A stretch of 64,000 bases of DNA, taken from contig NW_026857469.1 of assembly GCF_026571515.1 (NCBI RefSeq), forward strand, positions 62,001 to 126,000, given 5' to 3'. The notes beneath the pieces were generated by a model. The model was not told the origin of the DNA and ran no database searches. It worked only from the letters and a program-made list of their open reading frames with translations. Positions 39,280-52,324 of this stretch are shown one piece after another (positions within the stretch are counted from its first letter, which is position 1; each line of letters begins with the position of its first letter). The DNA comes from Ruditapes philippinarum (taxonomy: Eukaryota). Both the position numbers and the translations under genes were made by a program.

Positions 39280-42200
39280 GCAATCTTCAAGTATAAAACC
39301 ATTCTGTTTCTTTTTCTAAATAAAGTTTTTAACGATAATGGAAACTGTCTTGTACAGATAACCCTACAGTATGATTGAAACATATCCTTATCACTGATAT
39401 AAAATATAGATCAATGAACATTCTGACACATGCAAAAGAATAAAAGGACAACCGCCTTTAAAATTGTAACGTGCAGAAATAATTTATTGGTTTTAAGATG
39501 TGGCAAATAGCTCTAGGAAAGAAACAAACTTGTGCGATTTTAAGAACATTGGCTTTTAAAGTTTTAAAGTAGGATCCCTTCCCATCGCTTTTACGGTTGT
39601 CGTGACCAATGAAATGTAATGAAATTTTTGAAAATGACATACTTAATCTCTGTATGTCGCTCTCACTCTCTCTCCATAAAGTAAATTCCATCTGCCAAAC
39701 TTTTGTATTTTTTGAGTTATTTTCAGTTTGAATTGTCTTTGTGCCATTTTAGTAAACACATTTTTTCCGCCATTGAAAAGTTAAAATGACGGCATAATAT
39801 CCGTATGTGTCCCTATCAACTTATCAAGTCTCATCAATTTAGACTCGATACTTTTTGAGTTATTGCAGGGTCCAAATTTGCTCAGTTTTCATTGGATTTT
39901 TTTCAATTCCCGGAATCATAACATCAAGAACAACAACAACAACAAAACGTTTTGATATATATTTCCTTTGCCTCGGTCATTCGGGCTTCAATGGTACTTT
40001 CAGCAAATAGAATTGTGATGATCAAATTATACATTTTACTTGGAAGAAAACACGGTGATATTTTTTTCCATTTTATTACTATAAATAAGTGCTTCTATAT
40101 TTACACTCAAAACAGTAGCATCTGTAAAATTGCCCCCAAACTTCATCTTAATTTTACTGTTTAGACTTTGCTATCTATTAATGTTGAAGATTGAATATTG
40201 CTTAAGGCGATGCTTATATAGCCTGAGAAATGCTGCGTCTTTCATAATCTGTCATAAACCCGAGTCTGTAATTTTCGGCATTTAATTCTTTGTTCTTGGA
40301 GAATCTACCTTTTCTAAAATATTTGCTTTTGAAATTACATCAGAAATCATCTTTGTAATAAGTGAAAGAGCACATATGACTTTAATCAACTTCTTTATGT
40401 CAGTTTATCAAACCATATGAATATTTGTATAGCTTTTGTTCATATTTTGTTTAATTCTAAGTATTTCATTAATAAATCATTCGGAAGCTTTCATTTGGTT
40501 CTAACTAGCATTCATATGACGTAAATTCACACGAAATGCACAGATGGCCTGTTTGCGAGACCATTTTGCATACATACGTTATATATGATATATAATCAAA
40601 AGTGTTGAAATCAAGGTTGATGAAATTGTGTTTGATACCATTTTGTATGGTGATATAAAAAAAGCCAATAATTGAGCAGCTAAAGCTACGTGTGACAAAC
40701 TTTAGTCAGAAAAATATCGCTAGCTGTCTCGTGAATTTAACTAATCACACAAAAGAAATCATACAAGGGGAATTGGAATTGCTTCAATCACCATTCTTGT
40801 CTTGTTGACAAGGCCAGGTCCCATTCAGAGTCTTTTGATTTATAAAGATGAACAACACTTTAATATCAAGTATAATTAAAGTACCGAAAGCGGTGAATGT
40901 CATGGTGAGCATAATTTTAAGTAGCATATACATTTATTACAAAAGAGAACTCATAATTATTTTGTGCCACATACAGTGAAATATTTTGTAATTTAATAAT
41001 CAAAAAAAAATTTAACAGGAATAAGTTAGACCCTTCCATTGCTACATCTGTATACAAGTACTTGACAGTTAACATTTTTGGAAACTCAAAGTATTTTGTA
41101 TAGTATTACGCCTTTGTCACATGTTTATAACATGCAATTGTAAATAGTTTTATAGAATGACCCTAAACTATCATAGTTTTATAACGATAGCGATATATGT
41201 ATCCCGAGGTTTTATATTCCATCCCTGTTTTGCTGTAGGCTGCACAATAAAATGCCTGATTGCTAAAACCTATTGTTAAGTCCTTTTCAGAAACACGCAC
41301 ACGTCACACTTTCAAACATTAATGAGATAGGTATGCAATATAAGTATGGACAGTGGTGGAGAGGTTGGCATGCATCTCAAACTTACATACCTAATCTTCT
41401 TAATCACACACTCTGCCAGTTAAGACAAAATTATAGGAAGAGTAGGAAAACCATTGCTTATTAAAGTATAAATTATACTTCATAAGAGAAGAAGTTTTTC
41501 TTTTTTCCAATATATATATTTGACATTTTTATGTCATCTGAACTAAAACACTGCAACTTAAAAAAAGCACTTATTAATATAAATATTATATCGGAAGTAA
41601 TTCCCTTTGTATATACTTCAGGAAGAACTAAACAGTTTTTTAGACCGCAAAGCGTATCATTGACTCATAAAGGTACTTTTAATCAAGTTTGCTTTCTTCT
41701 GGTCAAATTTAAACAGAAATATGAACGTTATGCATATACATATCTATATATAAATATCCTGCGTGATTAACTGTACTATTTTCCTTTGTTGTTATTTCTG
41801 ATGAAGCATTTGTATAATTGCTGAGGTTTATGTACATGAACGTTTCAAAGCCTCTTTGACGCATATGGGCTTGTCGGTCAAAATAATTAAATATTAAAAT
41901 ATTAATTTCAGTTTTGCATTGAGATTGAGATTCCGAGTGTTGCGATGATTTGAAGTTTAAAGAAAGTAAGAGTAAAGACATGAAAAAAATGTTATGAATT
42001 TGAAAATATAGTTTATGTCATAAAATAAAGTCATGAAAAAAAACTTATAAAAAAGCAATTTCCTTTATAAAGAATTCAAACGGATGAGAGCAAGAATTGT
42101 CATATTGTTATATTTAATGTATTTCCTGGCCTAGATAGATTTCTACATATCGGACAAACACTGTTTCGATTCGCAAAATTTCAAGAGAAATGGACCATTG

Positions 42201-42309
42201 CAATATTGAAGACTATCTGCTTCGTAATTGATTATAGTTGTAAAATAGCGTCTTTGTTCCTTATTACTTTATAAATAACAGAACCATTTTGCCAATCAAT
42301 ATGCTAACC

Positions 42310-42967
42310 TGTCACAGATTAAAATTGCATAGTAATGACAGCTTTCCATAGGTTTGTTTAAGCGGAAACATCGTGCACGTGCGTTATTTTTCGGATGCGT
42401 TTAGTTTTTACTCTGTATGTTTAACGTCCGGTATTGAATCGGTGATACTCGACAATTTCCGTCACTGATGTACATTGTCAAGCTCACACCCGTGCAATAT
42501 CGTGAATACTGTTCACTCGATCTGTGTTGTATTTGTGCAATTGTTTTGGTTGTTGTATATGTTTCTATGTATGAAAGATATTCATTGGTTCTTTTGAATA
42601 TTCTTAACTTCTGCGCACTGTTTGCTTTTCCTGCCCAACTCATTCTTTATAGACCTCTCTTACAGTTCGACCTATAATAAATACTAGTTAATAAATTTAA
42701 TATTATCTAGATCTACTGTTAACTATTTTTCAATTTATATTGAAATATTTTCATACAGACGCTGTGGTAAGAAAAAGTAATTGATTGCATGTTTTATTTG
42801 CGTATTTCTTATTCCGCGTCGATTGTCATTTGATTGTATTTTTTGTGTATGTAAGATTTATAATCATTTTATTATATTTTTAGACCTTTTTTACTTGAAT
42901 TAAAAATTGTACCTATGCACAGAGATTTTTCTGTTCACTTAGTCCAGAAATATTTAACTCTGCGACA
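42310..42967. mobile_element. Non-autonomous DNA element with short TIRs and candidate 4-bp TSD (AACC)
   Basis: TGTCACAGATTAAA ... TTTAACTCTGCGACA, with aacc on both sides. Absent in other copies after atgctaacc. Confidence 0.7.
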
Positions 42968-45900
42968 AACCCGTTATCATGAGTCAAGACGCTCTACCAA
43001 AATAGTGAATATGAAAACATTTAAGGTCGGCCAAAGCGGAAAATGAGCATGCTGACGGTTTCGTTTGAATATGTCTAAACAGGATGAGGTTAAGCAGTAA
43101 GTGTTCTGCTATACGTTGTCTAAAGTTAGAATCTTCTTACATTACTTGTTTTGAAACGAAAAAAATAGATATAGTTAAGCTAATCAAAACAGTTTTGTTA
43201 TAGGTGCACATTTTTTTACCATTGTTTCAAGCTATACAATTTCTGCAATTTCCGAGTAATCCATATTGATATTAATCCTTATTGTATCAAACATTGAAAA
43301 TAATAAGACATTTTAGTTGCTCATTTTTAAAGAAGAAACTTTCTTGAATCTTGTTTACTTAATTATATTCGCTGATGACGGACTAGTGGGCGTGGGTTGT
43401 AACTTGCACTTTACCGTCCTTCAAACCGAGCCTGCAACATTTTCAATTTTGTGGTTTTGAGCGTTCTTTAGGTATTCTTTATTTCTCTCTATTTTATTAA
43501 GTTTCAGTCTCACAATCAATTACTGTAAATGCTTGAAACAAATACATTTTGCCAAAACGTAAATAAAACGTTACAATATTTACATTAGTTAGAAACGAAT
43601 GATTTGTGAACACCACAGTTAAGCTTCAATATTGATTAAATCTTAATATATTTTTTCTACAATTGTAAAAAAAGAAAATCGATTTGTTTTTTAAGATAAG
43701 GGTAATGAAAGAGTGGGGGATAAATAAACATATTTGTGTTAAAGTAAACGCTATGATATTTATTAAAACCTTCTTCGGAAGTCAAGTTTTATAAAAGATA
43801 AAAAGTATTGTGTCAATGAACTCAATGATCTGACGTAATTTTCGTGTCTTTCATCACTTATTCTGATATTAACACCATAAACATATCAATATTATCTATC
43901 TCATAGTTAATAAGAAAACAGAGATTCACTAAATTACATAAAACCATATAAATGAAGTTTTTTCTTTATCCATTATGACTTATTTAGAATTCTTCTGTGT
44001 CTTCAGAATTATGTGCATCAGAAACTTGTTCTAGAATTTGCACTGGGACTTTACGATCTTGTTCTTCAAAAGCTCAATGTCAATATAATGTAATCATGTA
44101 TAATATTGTTGACATATTGGTTGTCTAATTTTAATTGAAAAAACATATTAAATGAAACACTGACTTTTTAAAAGAAGTGCTTGGACTATAAACTGCTCCA
44201 CACCATTATGAGTTCACTATTTCTATTATGAGCATTTTCTTGCTTTCATTTCTTTAACTTTGTGGCATTTTTGTCGATTTTTAGGAACATTCTGTTAAAG
44301 AAAAATAATTATAATTATAAAAAACTACGGCTGATGTAAAATCATTCAGCTTTACCATCTTTGTTTCTGGAAACGATATGTTGTTAAACATCTTTCATAC
44401 ACCAAGTATAAGTGCAAATTCTGACCAGGCTAATCATGTAACGGTCATTCTAAATTGATCTTGACGCAGGATGAAACACATTTGTACTAAGAGAAATGCA
44501 AAGTAACGGGTCTGAATGTTTACAAATATTGAAATAATACAAAATACAGGGAAAGCTTGCACGTGTTTTGGGTTTGAAATAACTATTGACAGTCCCAATT
44601 ATGTAAGCGAAAATAAAATTCAACACTTACAAATAAATAAATATTTGCAGTACAATTTCATCAGCCTCCCTTCTTATCGAGAAAAGATTACAATACACGT
44701 AGTAATAATATTTAAAACAAAAAGCGATTGCAATACATTTGAAAAGCCATTGAAAAATAAATAACGTTCTTATTTCAAAGAATAAATGTAAACAATAATG
44801 GAAATAATTCATTATGTGAATTACATCTAATCCTTTTTCAAATCCCAAGTAAAGACTTGTCGCTTTCTATAACTAGTATCACATAATCATTGTTTGATCA
44901 ATAGTTTTACACCAAAACATTATAATTGATTTGATTATAGGTCTGCCTTTAACTTAAGAACAATATCTCAATACATCAATAAAAACTTAATGTTCACAGA
45001 AAACTGCTGTGCGTTTTTTATGCAAAAACACTTTGCACACATTGATAATTGTTTCTTGTTTCTCTTTATTGTCATGAGTTCGTTTAAATGCATAGCACAC
45101 CGAAAGAGTGATGGAAACTTACCGTACTCCCATAACAAAGCCAATCGTTATCACAACGCCACCACATTGTCAACTCAGTAGATATCAGTGTGCATCTGAC
45201 TTGACTTGACGTTCATCCCAAATATTGTTTTCTTATAAGTAGGTAGGTTTGTGTTTTTGTTCTGCAGCACAGTACGTAAAGGATCTTGCTTATTAACTTA
45301 TCAAAATCAGTTTTACAGAGTGGTATCATGTATCTAATGAGCAGAAGCCTTTACATTATGATTAACACAAATGTTTTAAAATCTCATTATCTTTATCTTT
45401 TATTTTATTTCATACTGTATACATTTATTTCACGCCTTATAAAATATAACCAATGCACTTTAAGCTATTGCACTACAATAGAAATCATTATTGGGTCAGA
45501 TCCTATCATTTTCATTTCCAGAGTCCAAAAAATCCTTATCAAATCTATATCACACCCTATATAGACTCGTTTTCATTTCCATATTCATGTCGAACCAAAC
45601 TAGCCTCGTTTTTACTTTTTGAGAGTAAAATCCTTATTTTAATTGAAGTAACAAGGTTCTTTCAAAATGTCAAAAATGTAGTGTGAGAAAACAATACTGA
45701 TTTTTTGGACTCCTATACACAGCTACAAAACCTCTATCATACTTCGCTAGCGCCTCATCCAATATAATATTACCAGCTGTGTACTCGTCCAAATAAAGAG
45801 TTCAGTATTGTATTTAACAATGTAAAATAACCTCATGATATTAGTTTAACTGTAATCAGACACTGTCATTATTCAAGATCTGCCAGTTAATATTAATTTA

Positions 45901-47821
45901 TTACTTATTTAAAGTTTACAACTATTCATTGTAAACCCGTGTAAAAAAGTGCCGACTTGTAATGCCAATATACAGCTTGTTATCAATGCGTTGATGCAAT
46001 TATAAACGTCAAGTAAACATTTTCACCTTACTACGTTACTAACTTTTCGAAAATGCAAATATTAATTTAGCTGAACAACATTTTTAGAATTATTTTATTT
46101 AGTATACTGTAGCATCCGTATATCGGAAGACGTACATCCTTCAATATCGAGTTGTAACTCCTAGCACGGTTTTCATTTGATTGAAAAGAGGACGTCGTGA
46201 TACTGGACAACGAGACCGCATTTTATAGGATAATCAGCTTTTAGTTGTAATTGATAACAAACATACTGGGGAATCTTAACAAAATTCTGGGCCATTATCA
46301 TGAAAACAGAGGAGAAAAGATTGTATGTTAGAGGTGATTAATTAAAGATGGTTCGATGTGAATAACGTTTTACTAACATTATTTTAACAGCGTCTAAGTC
46401 GTTGAAAATGTGATATATTAATTTGCCTGGAATATTTATGATTATAAAAAGTCAATCTTGAATAAATGTGTTATGCAATTGTCTTACATGCTTTCAAAGT
46501 GACTTAAATGTGTCTTATTATGCTTCCACTTTTCACAGTATCTGTATGTGTATAAACATGCAAGCATTTTAAAGCAAACTATGTATACGCCATTCCCAGA
46601 TGCTATAAGTAAATATATATGTCGTTTCAAATTTACATTTTTTGTGTTCAAAATAAACAAAGTTTGCCAAAACATTTTGAATATGTTGGCCTGTTGTATA
46701 GCACTTGAACATTTTCTCGTTGTTATATGTTGTTTTCTCTTATCAACGAACGAATAGTTTTATCAATACAATATTGATGTTGTAAGTGCCTGTGAACTGT
46801 TTTACGTAAACAAATATAATTCATTCCCAGTAAGTTGTTTATTTAATAAGATGTAAATGAACGAGCATCTCTGGTGGTGTTGTTAATTGATAGTATTTTT
46901 GTAATGAATAATGTTTTTGGCATTCTTTACTTTACTTGTAATGAATAATGTATTTGGCATTCTTTACTTTACTCAACCGAATAAATTTTAGATGGATCAT
47001 TATGCAAACTAAAGTATATTTTATGGAAATACATATTGAAATTTGTTTATACTTCAGTTAATTGTAGGAGGCTCCGTTGTACTGTCAAACATTCTCATTG
47101 AGAGAAAAACGAAATCAACAAATAAGGAGAAGCATGCATTAACAAGTTATGGTAGGGTTAAAAATGGTGTTTATCATAATAACTGTGTCAAAACTGAAAC
47201 ATATGTATATCCATGGTAGAGCACTTAAATTTGTTTCGTTTCTATTTCAGAACATAGGTAATCGGTTATGAAAAATTTTGTTGTTTAAAATATTTTGGCC
47301 ATGAAGATTTTCGAAAATCGGAAAACAATTTTATCTTATCTGAGTTGAGTTATTGCATACTTGCAAGTATTCTACTAGGTATCTTATTCTAATAAATATG
47401 GTTGTGTTAATATACTAAATTAAAAAGTTAACATGTTACAAACACATATTACAAGTCAATTAAGAAGATTGAAGAAGACTCTTTCAACATATTGTCCAAT
47501 AGTAACCAATCAAATGTTTATATATACATGTATTTCATTATCATAATAACATCATTAGATAGATTGATTATTGAATGTTTAAATGCATTTATTAAGACCC
47601 ATATTATATCATTGTATGACGTTTACCAATCTGCGGATTTCGCCATAAACGTTTAAATGTTGAATTCTGCTTAAGCCGATGCTAGGGGGCGTAAACAGTA
47701 GCTTGCACTGCCATTTAATTCCGCCGTTTTCGGGGTTCTTTATTCTGTTTATGTTGAATGAAATTTCCTGTATAGTCATTTCTTCTGATGCTTATCAATT
47801 TTCTAAAATTAATTTTAGTAA

Positions 47822-47954
47822 AAGATATGATAAACAAGATCAACAAGGAAAGGCGGCGTTCAATGAACGCAACCCCCACACGACCCAGCAACAAAAACCA
47901 GAGGCAAGGAGCACAGTAGAACCCCAAACAAAAACAGGACCGGGCAAAAGGCAC
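47822..47954 (-). mobile_element. Shorter, inverted copy of the same element with an AGTAA target duplication
   Basis: Empty site ttttagtaagacac at ~20927. The filled site has agtaa on both sides (47817-47821, 47955-47959). Confidence 0.72.
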
Positions 47955-48189
47955 AGTAAGACACAGTCTCCTTCTGACACTTAATCTTGATGAATGGATA
48001 ATGATATAAAGCTGGTTCACAATAAAATGAATAAAACAAATCGTGTCCAGATCTTAAACTGCGAGTAAGATATCCACAACTACACTACCAAATGCAAGAT
48101 TTTAATTTAATGATCCATTATTTTCAGGACTGTTACAAATAGCGGCTATACTCGAAACAACGAGTAATGTTTAAAATATTTGTTAATTA

Positions 48190-48990
48190 ATTTTTTGTAT
48201 CATTGCTATTTATTTTTATGTTGCTAGCAATTGTGAATCAATGGAATAATTAACGTATGCAATGCTGGTTATCTAAACATACTAATGACATTGGAGATAA
48301 TTTTACAAATCAAAAATGTATTCTTGCGTGAGTGCTCGCAATATTTTCATTTGTTAATTAATGATGTTTCCATGAATACTCGAATCAGAATGATCATGCA
48401 ACTATTAAACTGCACTTAACACTTTACTTTATTTATCTGAATAAACTACGACTATCAAATTTGAAACATACAATTTATAATGCTACTACTAAACCATTGC
48501 AATAATAATGTGAATGTTTAAAATCGTGGTTTCAATTCACAGTTACTTACCTAATGGTATATTTCAAATTCAGACATGGTCTCAACTATGTTTCTTATAA
48601 GCAAATATGTATATATTGCCTGTAGAAATACAAATTATTCGTTTAAGTATCTTCGTTTATCTGTGACAAACTTTAACTAATCACCTAAATGGCTATTGCC
48701 TTTTATGTATCTTATATACATGAACAGAACAGACATTTTATAGATAACACAAAATACAATATGATACTTAATCAAGTAAGAGAAAATACATTTGTTAACA
48801 AAGAGAATGATAAAATGTGTTATTAGATAATATATTCTAAAACATACATGTATTATATAACATTACCTCATGGTACAAGCTAAAGGGTGTGAAAATATGT
48901 TGCACATTTCACATTACGACTCGGCTATTCTTAATTGAATCTGTATTTTCTTTCTAGTTAATGTTATTATTTCTCTCACATTCATATACA
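48190..48990 (+). pseudogene. Truncated fifth copy: upstream exon and intron only
   Basis: Homologous to 11020-11889 and 32450-33349. Similarity stops at about the splice acceptor (ctctcacattcatatacag). Confidence 0.55.
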
Positions 48991-50829
48991 GGTTCATTTG
49001 CTGTTTTAACAATATATCTTTCCGTTGTTTACCTGGGTACAAATACAAACATACAATCGTTTACAATTTCGCTACTGGTTGAGTTCTAAAGGATGAATAA
49101 ACATGATCGTTAAAGAAAGGAAATTCTATAAGATTCTTAATCTTAAAGCACATACACTTTCATATCACATATTTAAACTAATACATTTATGACATCAGGT
49201 CCCTAAAAAATATACTTTTAGTAGATTTTATGTAGAAATTCTTAGAGTTAGAATGGTAAGCTAAAATGGACAAAAGGGTATTCTTTTGTCTCTACTGGTA
49301 TCTAATCTAATGATTTTTTAAATTATGTTTTGTTGTTGACGCTGTTTTTTTTGTTTTCGTTTTTAGGAAAATAAAAGTTGTTGTCACTGAACTTGTTGAC
49401 TTCAGACTTTTTCTCTGGTTGTTTTATCTCCTTTTATCAGCGTTTTTATCGACCATTTCTTAATAACTTGACAACAGAGGAAAAAATCTGATTTTACGTT
49501 TGACGAGTTAGTAATATCTAAAGTGCCTGTTAAGTAGGAAAAGTAAATAAAATTAATACGGAAAAAACATTTGTTCGATACACATAGAAGATGCTTTTAT
49601 CATATTTCGAAATAATTAGTAAATGCGAATGCAAAAACATAACATTATAAATAAAAGATATTGTATATCATTATATCTCAACAAACACTGTCGCTGATTA
49701 AATTGCAATTATTGTAACAATCAATTCATTTAAATCAGCTATTGATTGTGAAACTGGCGATTGTAAAATTGTATGTCTAACAACAATAAGAGCGATCTAA
49801 ACCAATATGGCACAGCACTTTCAACATGAATGCGTTCTCATTTCTACATCTATTTGCAGACATGAAACCGGTGACATATTTCAGTTTTGATTCTGGTCTG
49901 TATTTGTTGTGAACAAGAACAGCTGCATGTAGAACATCAAACAACAGAAATCCAAATTACGTACCACAATTAAATAAAAAATATAAGAAAAACTTTAATT
50001 TGTCAGCAGACATAACATAGTCAAATAAGGTTTGCCTTTGTTGATAATTCATATATATTATAATAGTACTATATTACCGTGAGGTGATTCATGATAACTT
50101 AGAAAGCCGATGCTATGGGATGAGGAAAGATGTTCCATGTTTAAATTTTAAGTAATAATATACTCGATTAAACAGGGGCTATTATTCCTCTTCGTTTATC
50201 ATTTCTATAATATATTGAAGGTACTCTTTTAAATATTTTTATCATGTTTATACCTTTATACATTTATTCGCATTTCAATTTACTAATGATGTTTTTCACT
50301 TACTTTTCTCAGCAAAAATAGCTTGTAATGGGCTAGTAATTATGTCACTAAAGGAGAGTTTCATGTAAATAAGTACAATCCTAAAAAAGAGAATTAATTT
50401 TCCAGATTTTTAAATCACGTATTCACATTTTGAAATGTCATGTAAATATGATTGAAAGGGAAAGCAACAACACTAATACAAGGTATTGGGGAATGTGAGA
50501 GTTTCTGCGGGAGAGGATTACCAATGAGCAAATACAGTTAATGTCTGATTAGGTATTAAAGAGCAAAGCTCTGCGCTGAAGAAGATATTGGATATTTTAC
50601 ACGACAGTTGACGACAATAACTGTGCTTTTATATAATTTTACTCGTGCCCAAAGGAATTGCAATATCTAAGGATTTGAATTATAAGAATAGATCTAATTG
50701 GATGTATTAGAATTCAATATTTTAAATGATAACATTTGACGTTTATCATAAACACTTGTCGTGTGTATTCATTATAATAATATATCATTTTTATATTAAA
50801 ATTGCCTCTCTGATCTATTTTGTTTTAAA

Positions 50830-51519
50830 ATGGTGACTAGCCTTAATCAAACATTTACATGTGAAGGGAATGACTATGAGCCAACTTGGAAGGATATATT
50901 TAAAGCATGTGTTATTGGCTGCGTGTCGCTCGGCATCATTGTTGGAAACATTTTTTCTGTGATAGTGTTCAACAACTCAAACAGTAGAAAATTATTTCTA
51001 AAGAAAGTTCGACTTACTATGAACTCTTTAATTTGTACAGACCTGAGTATGGGCCTGTTCATGTGTCCGTTCTGTATATATTCTGCTCTCTACAAATGTT
51101 GGCCGTACTCGGAAACTTTCTGTAAAATAGAGGCATTGTTCTTGTCCGCTTTATTTCATGAGTCAACATTGTCACTTGTTTTAATAGCCCTGGACAGATA
51201 CTTCTCTGTCCACCATTATTTAAAATATAACAGTTTCATGACGTCACGGAAATACGTCATTGTTATCTTAGCCACGTGGACAATGACGTTTGGTGTTTAT
51301 TCGATTGTGATATTTTTCGGGGAACAGTTCTATTTTGATGACATTGGGATAAACTGTGAACCTTATTATGAAAACCCAAACGTGACACTGAGTGTAATAG
51401 TAATATTTTACTTTATTCCCGCCTTGTTATTCTTATATAGTTACGGATCTATTTTTGCAGCTGCTAACCGGAAAGAGACCATTCGTGTATTCTCAAGAAA
51501 TGCAAGACATGCTGAAAAT
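50830..51519 (+). CDS. Orphan class A (rhodopsin-like) GPCR, GPR21/GPR52-like, coding exon 1 (TM1-TM5)
   Basis: N-terminal NQT sequon, TM1 GN, TM2 SLICTDL, WPY..FCKIE, LIALDRY, TM4 W, ECL2 Cys, TM5 FYFIP..Y. Donor AAT|GTAAGT at 51519/51520 (phase 0). Confidence 0.93.
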
Positions 51520-52012
51520 GTAAGTATATTTTTACTTATAAATTTTGTATTATATTTGATTCTTTCTAGAATATTGGGAATACATTACAGATGAAACCTT
51601 TATTGTACTTTTATATTGCATTCTTAAAGTTTCCTTTAAATACGTTTTGCACTAACATCATTACATTTATTATATCATTGTTCTTTTAAAATACACTATC
51701 ATTATATGTGCAAACTCTTTATTACACACTTGCTTTCCAATTTGAACACAAGTAGGTAGTTATACCTCAAAAGCAAAGGATCTCCAAATCGGTAAGGAAT
51801 CAAAAGGACAACCGGAATAATCGAGAAAAAAAATCCAATTCATTCCGTTCTTTATGATTTAGATAGAAAAAGTGTAACGAAATAATTCAATTTTGTTTTA
51901 TTTTGAGTGGAGAAAACAAAGTCAAGTGAAACAATAAACCAGAAACACTTGTCGTTCATTAAAGATAATAAAGGTAATAAAGGTCTAAAAACTTGCTGTA
52001 TTATCTTTTCAG

Positions 52013-52324
52013 AGTAACCTTGCAGTTTCTCAGATTTTACGTACTTCAAAATACTTGGCGGCCATCACGGCGGGTTTCTTTGTTGCCGTTACACCTTGGA
52101 CAATCTGTACATTGACAATCGCATTGACCCAGATAAAGCTAAATGAGGACATAGACTTTGCAGTGACGTGGATTGCCATTAGTAACAGCTTTTGGAACGT
52201 GGTTATTTATAGCGTTATGAACCGGAAGTTCAGGTATATTGCAAGGACATTTGTCGTTCCTACACGGAAACATCGACAAGTATGGACTTTAAGTCATCGT
52301 TGTCAATGTATGTGTTTGGTATAG
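52013..52324 (+). CDS. Same GPCR, coding exon 2 (TM6-TM7); 3' end uncertain
   Basis: Acceptor ttatcttttcAG| at 52012 is in frame: SNLAVSQILRTSKYLAAITAGFFVAVTPW..TWIAISNSFWNVVIYSVMNRKFR. The exon may end at CAA|GTATGG (52279) and splice to a later exon (~53120-53347) rather than stop at 52324. Confidence 0.9.
   Translation, partial: SNLAVSQILRTSKYLAAITAGFFVAVTPWTICTLTIALTQIKLNEDIDFAVTWIAISNSFWNVVIYSVMNRKFRYIARTFVVPTRKHRQVWTLSHRCQCMCLV

Larger units (their letters stand above)
32440..47160 (+). pseudogene. LRR-GPCR pseudogene copy 4 (most complete; interrupted by HINE, SINE, LINE and MITEs)
   Basis: Intron 33108-33349. LRRs: SGLKDIEMF (~35397), SNLPSEEQFLLLKKLRSLV (36844), ENLRNLRFI, LININIISEVIPF, KGTFNQVCFL, VSENKIQHL..LQYNFISL (ORF 44516). 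Hinge ENCCAFF (44990), *RSS-KYCFLIS (45207), KILILIEVTRFFQNVK (~45627), TDF-WTPI (45696-45717, 1-nt frameshift), YFASASSNIILPAVYS (45740-45787). Confidence 0.82.
1..48990 (+). repeat. Tandem segmental-duplication array (~5 partial/complete copies of a 10-15 kb unit)
   Basis: The same blocks recur in the same orientation. ctaaagc(c/t)acgtgtgaca occurs at ~1172, ~16070, ~21093, ~40680. ttctgcaa(a/t)ttccgagta occurs at ~3241, ~5622, ~17804, ~23540, ~43241. tttatggaaatacatattg occurs at ~9841, ~20457, ~27206, ~47020. gatacttaatca(g/a)gtaagag occurs at ~11668, ~33095, ~48763. Confidence 0.97.

Noticed and set aside
1-47300. Endogenous virus or a long minus-strand gene (minus frames read with few stops, e.g. 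MHDSPFLLLSFFLFVLG at ~20590, IPESFLFNNKQLQYL at ~5730, ORFs 16824-17156 and 26966-27220)
   Set aside because: No polymerase, helicase, terminase or capsid motifs found. The + strand gives LDLa, LRR, hinge and TM motifs in the correct order, so the minus frames are best explained as antisense shadows.
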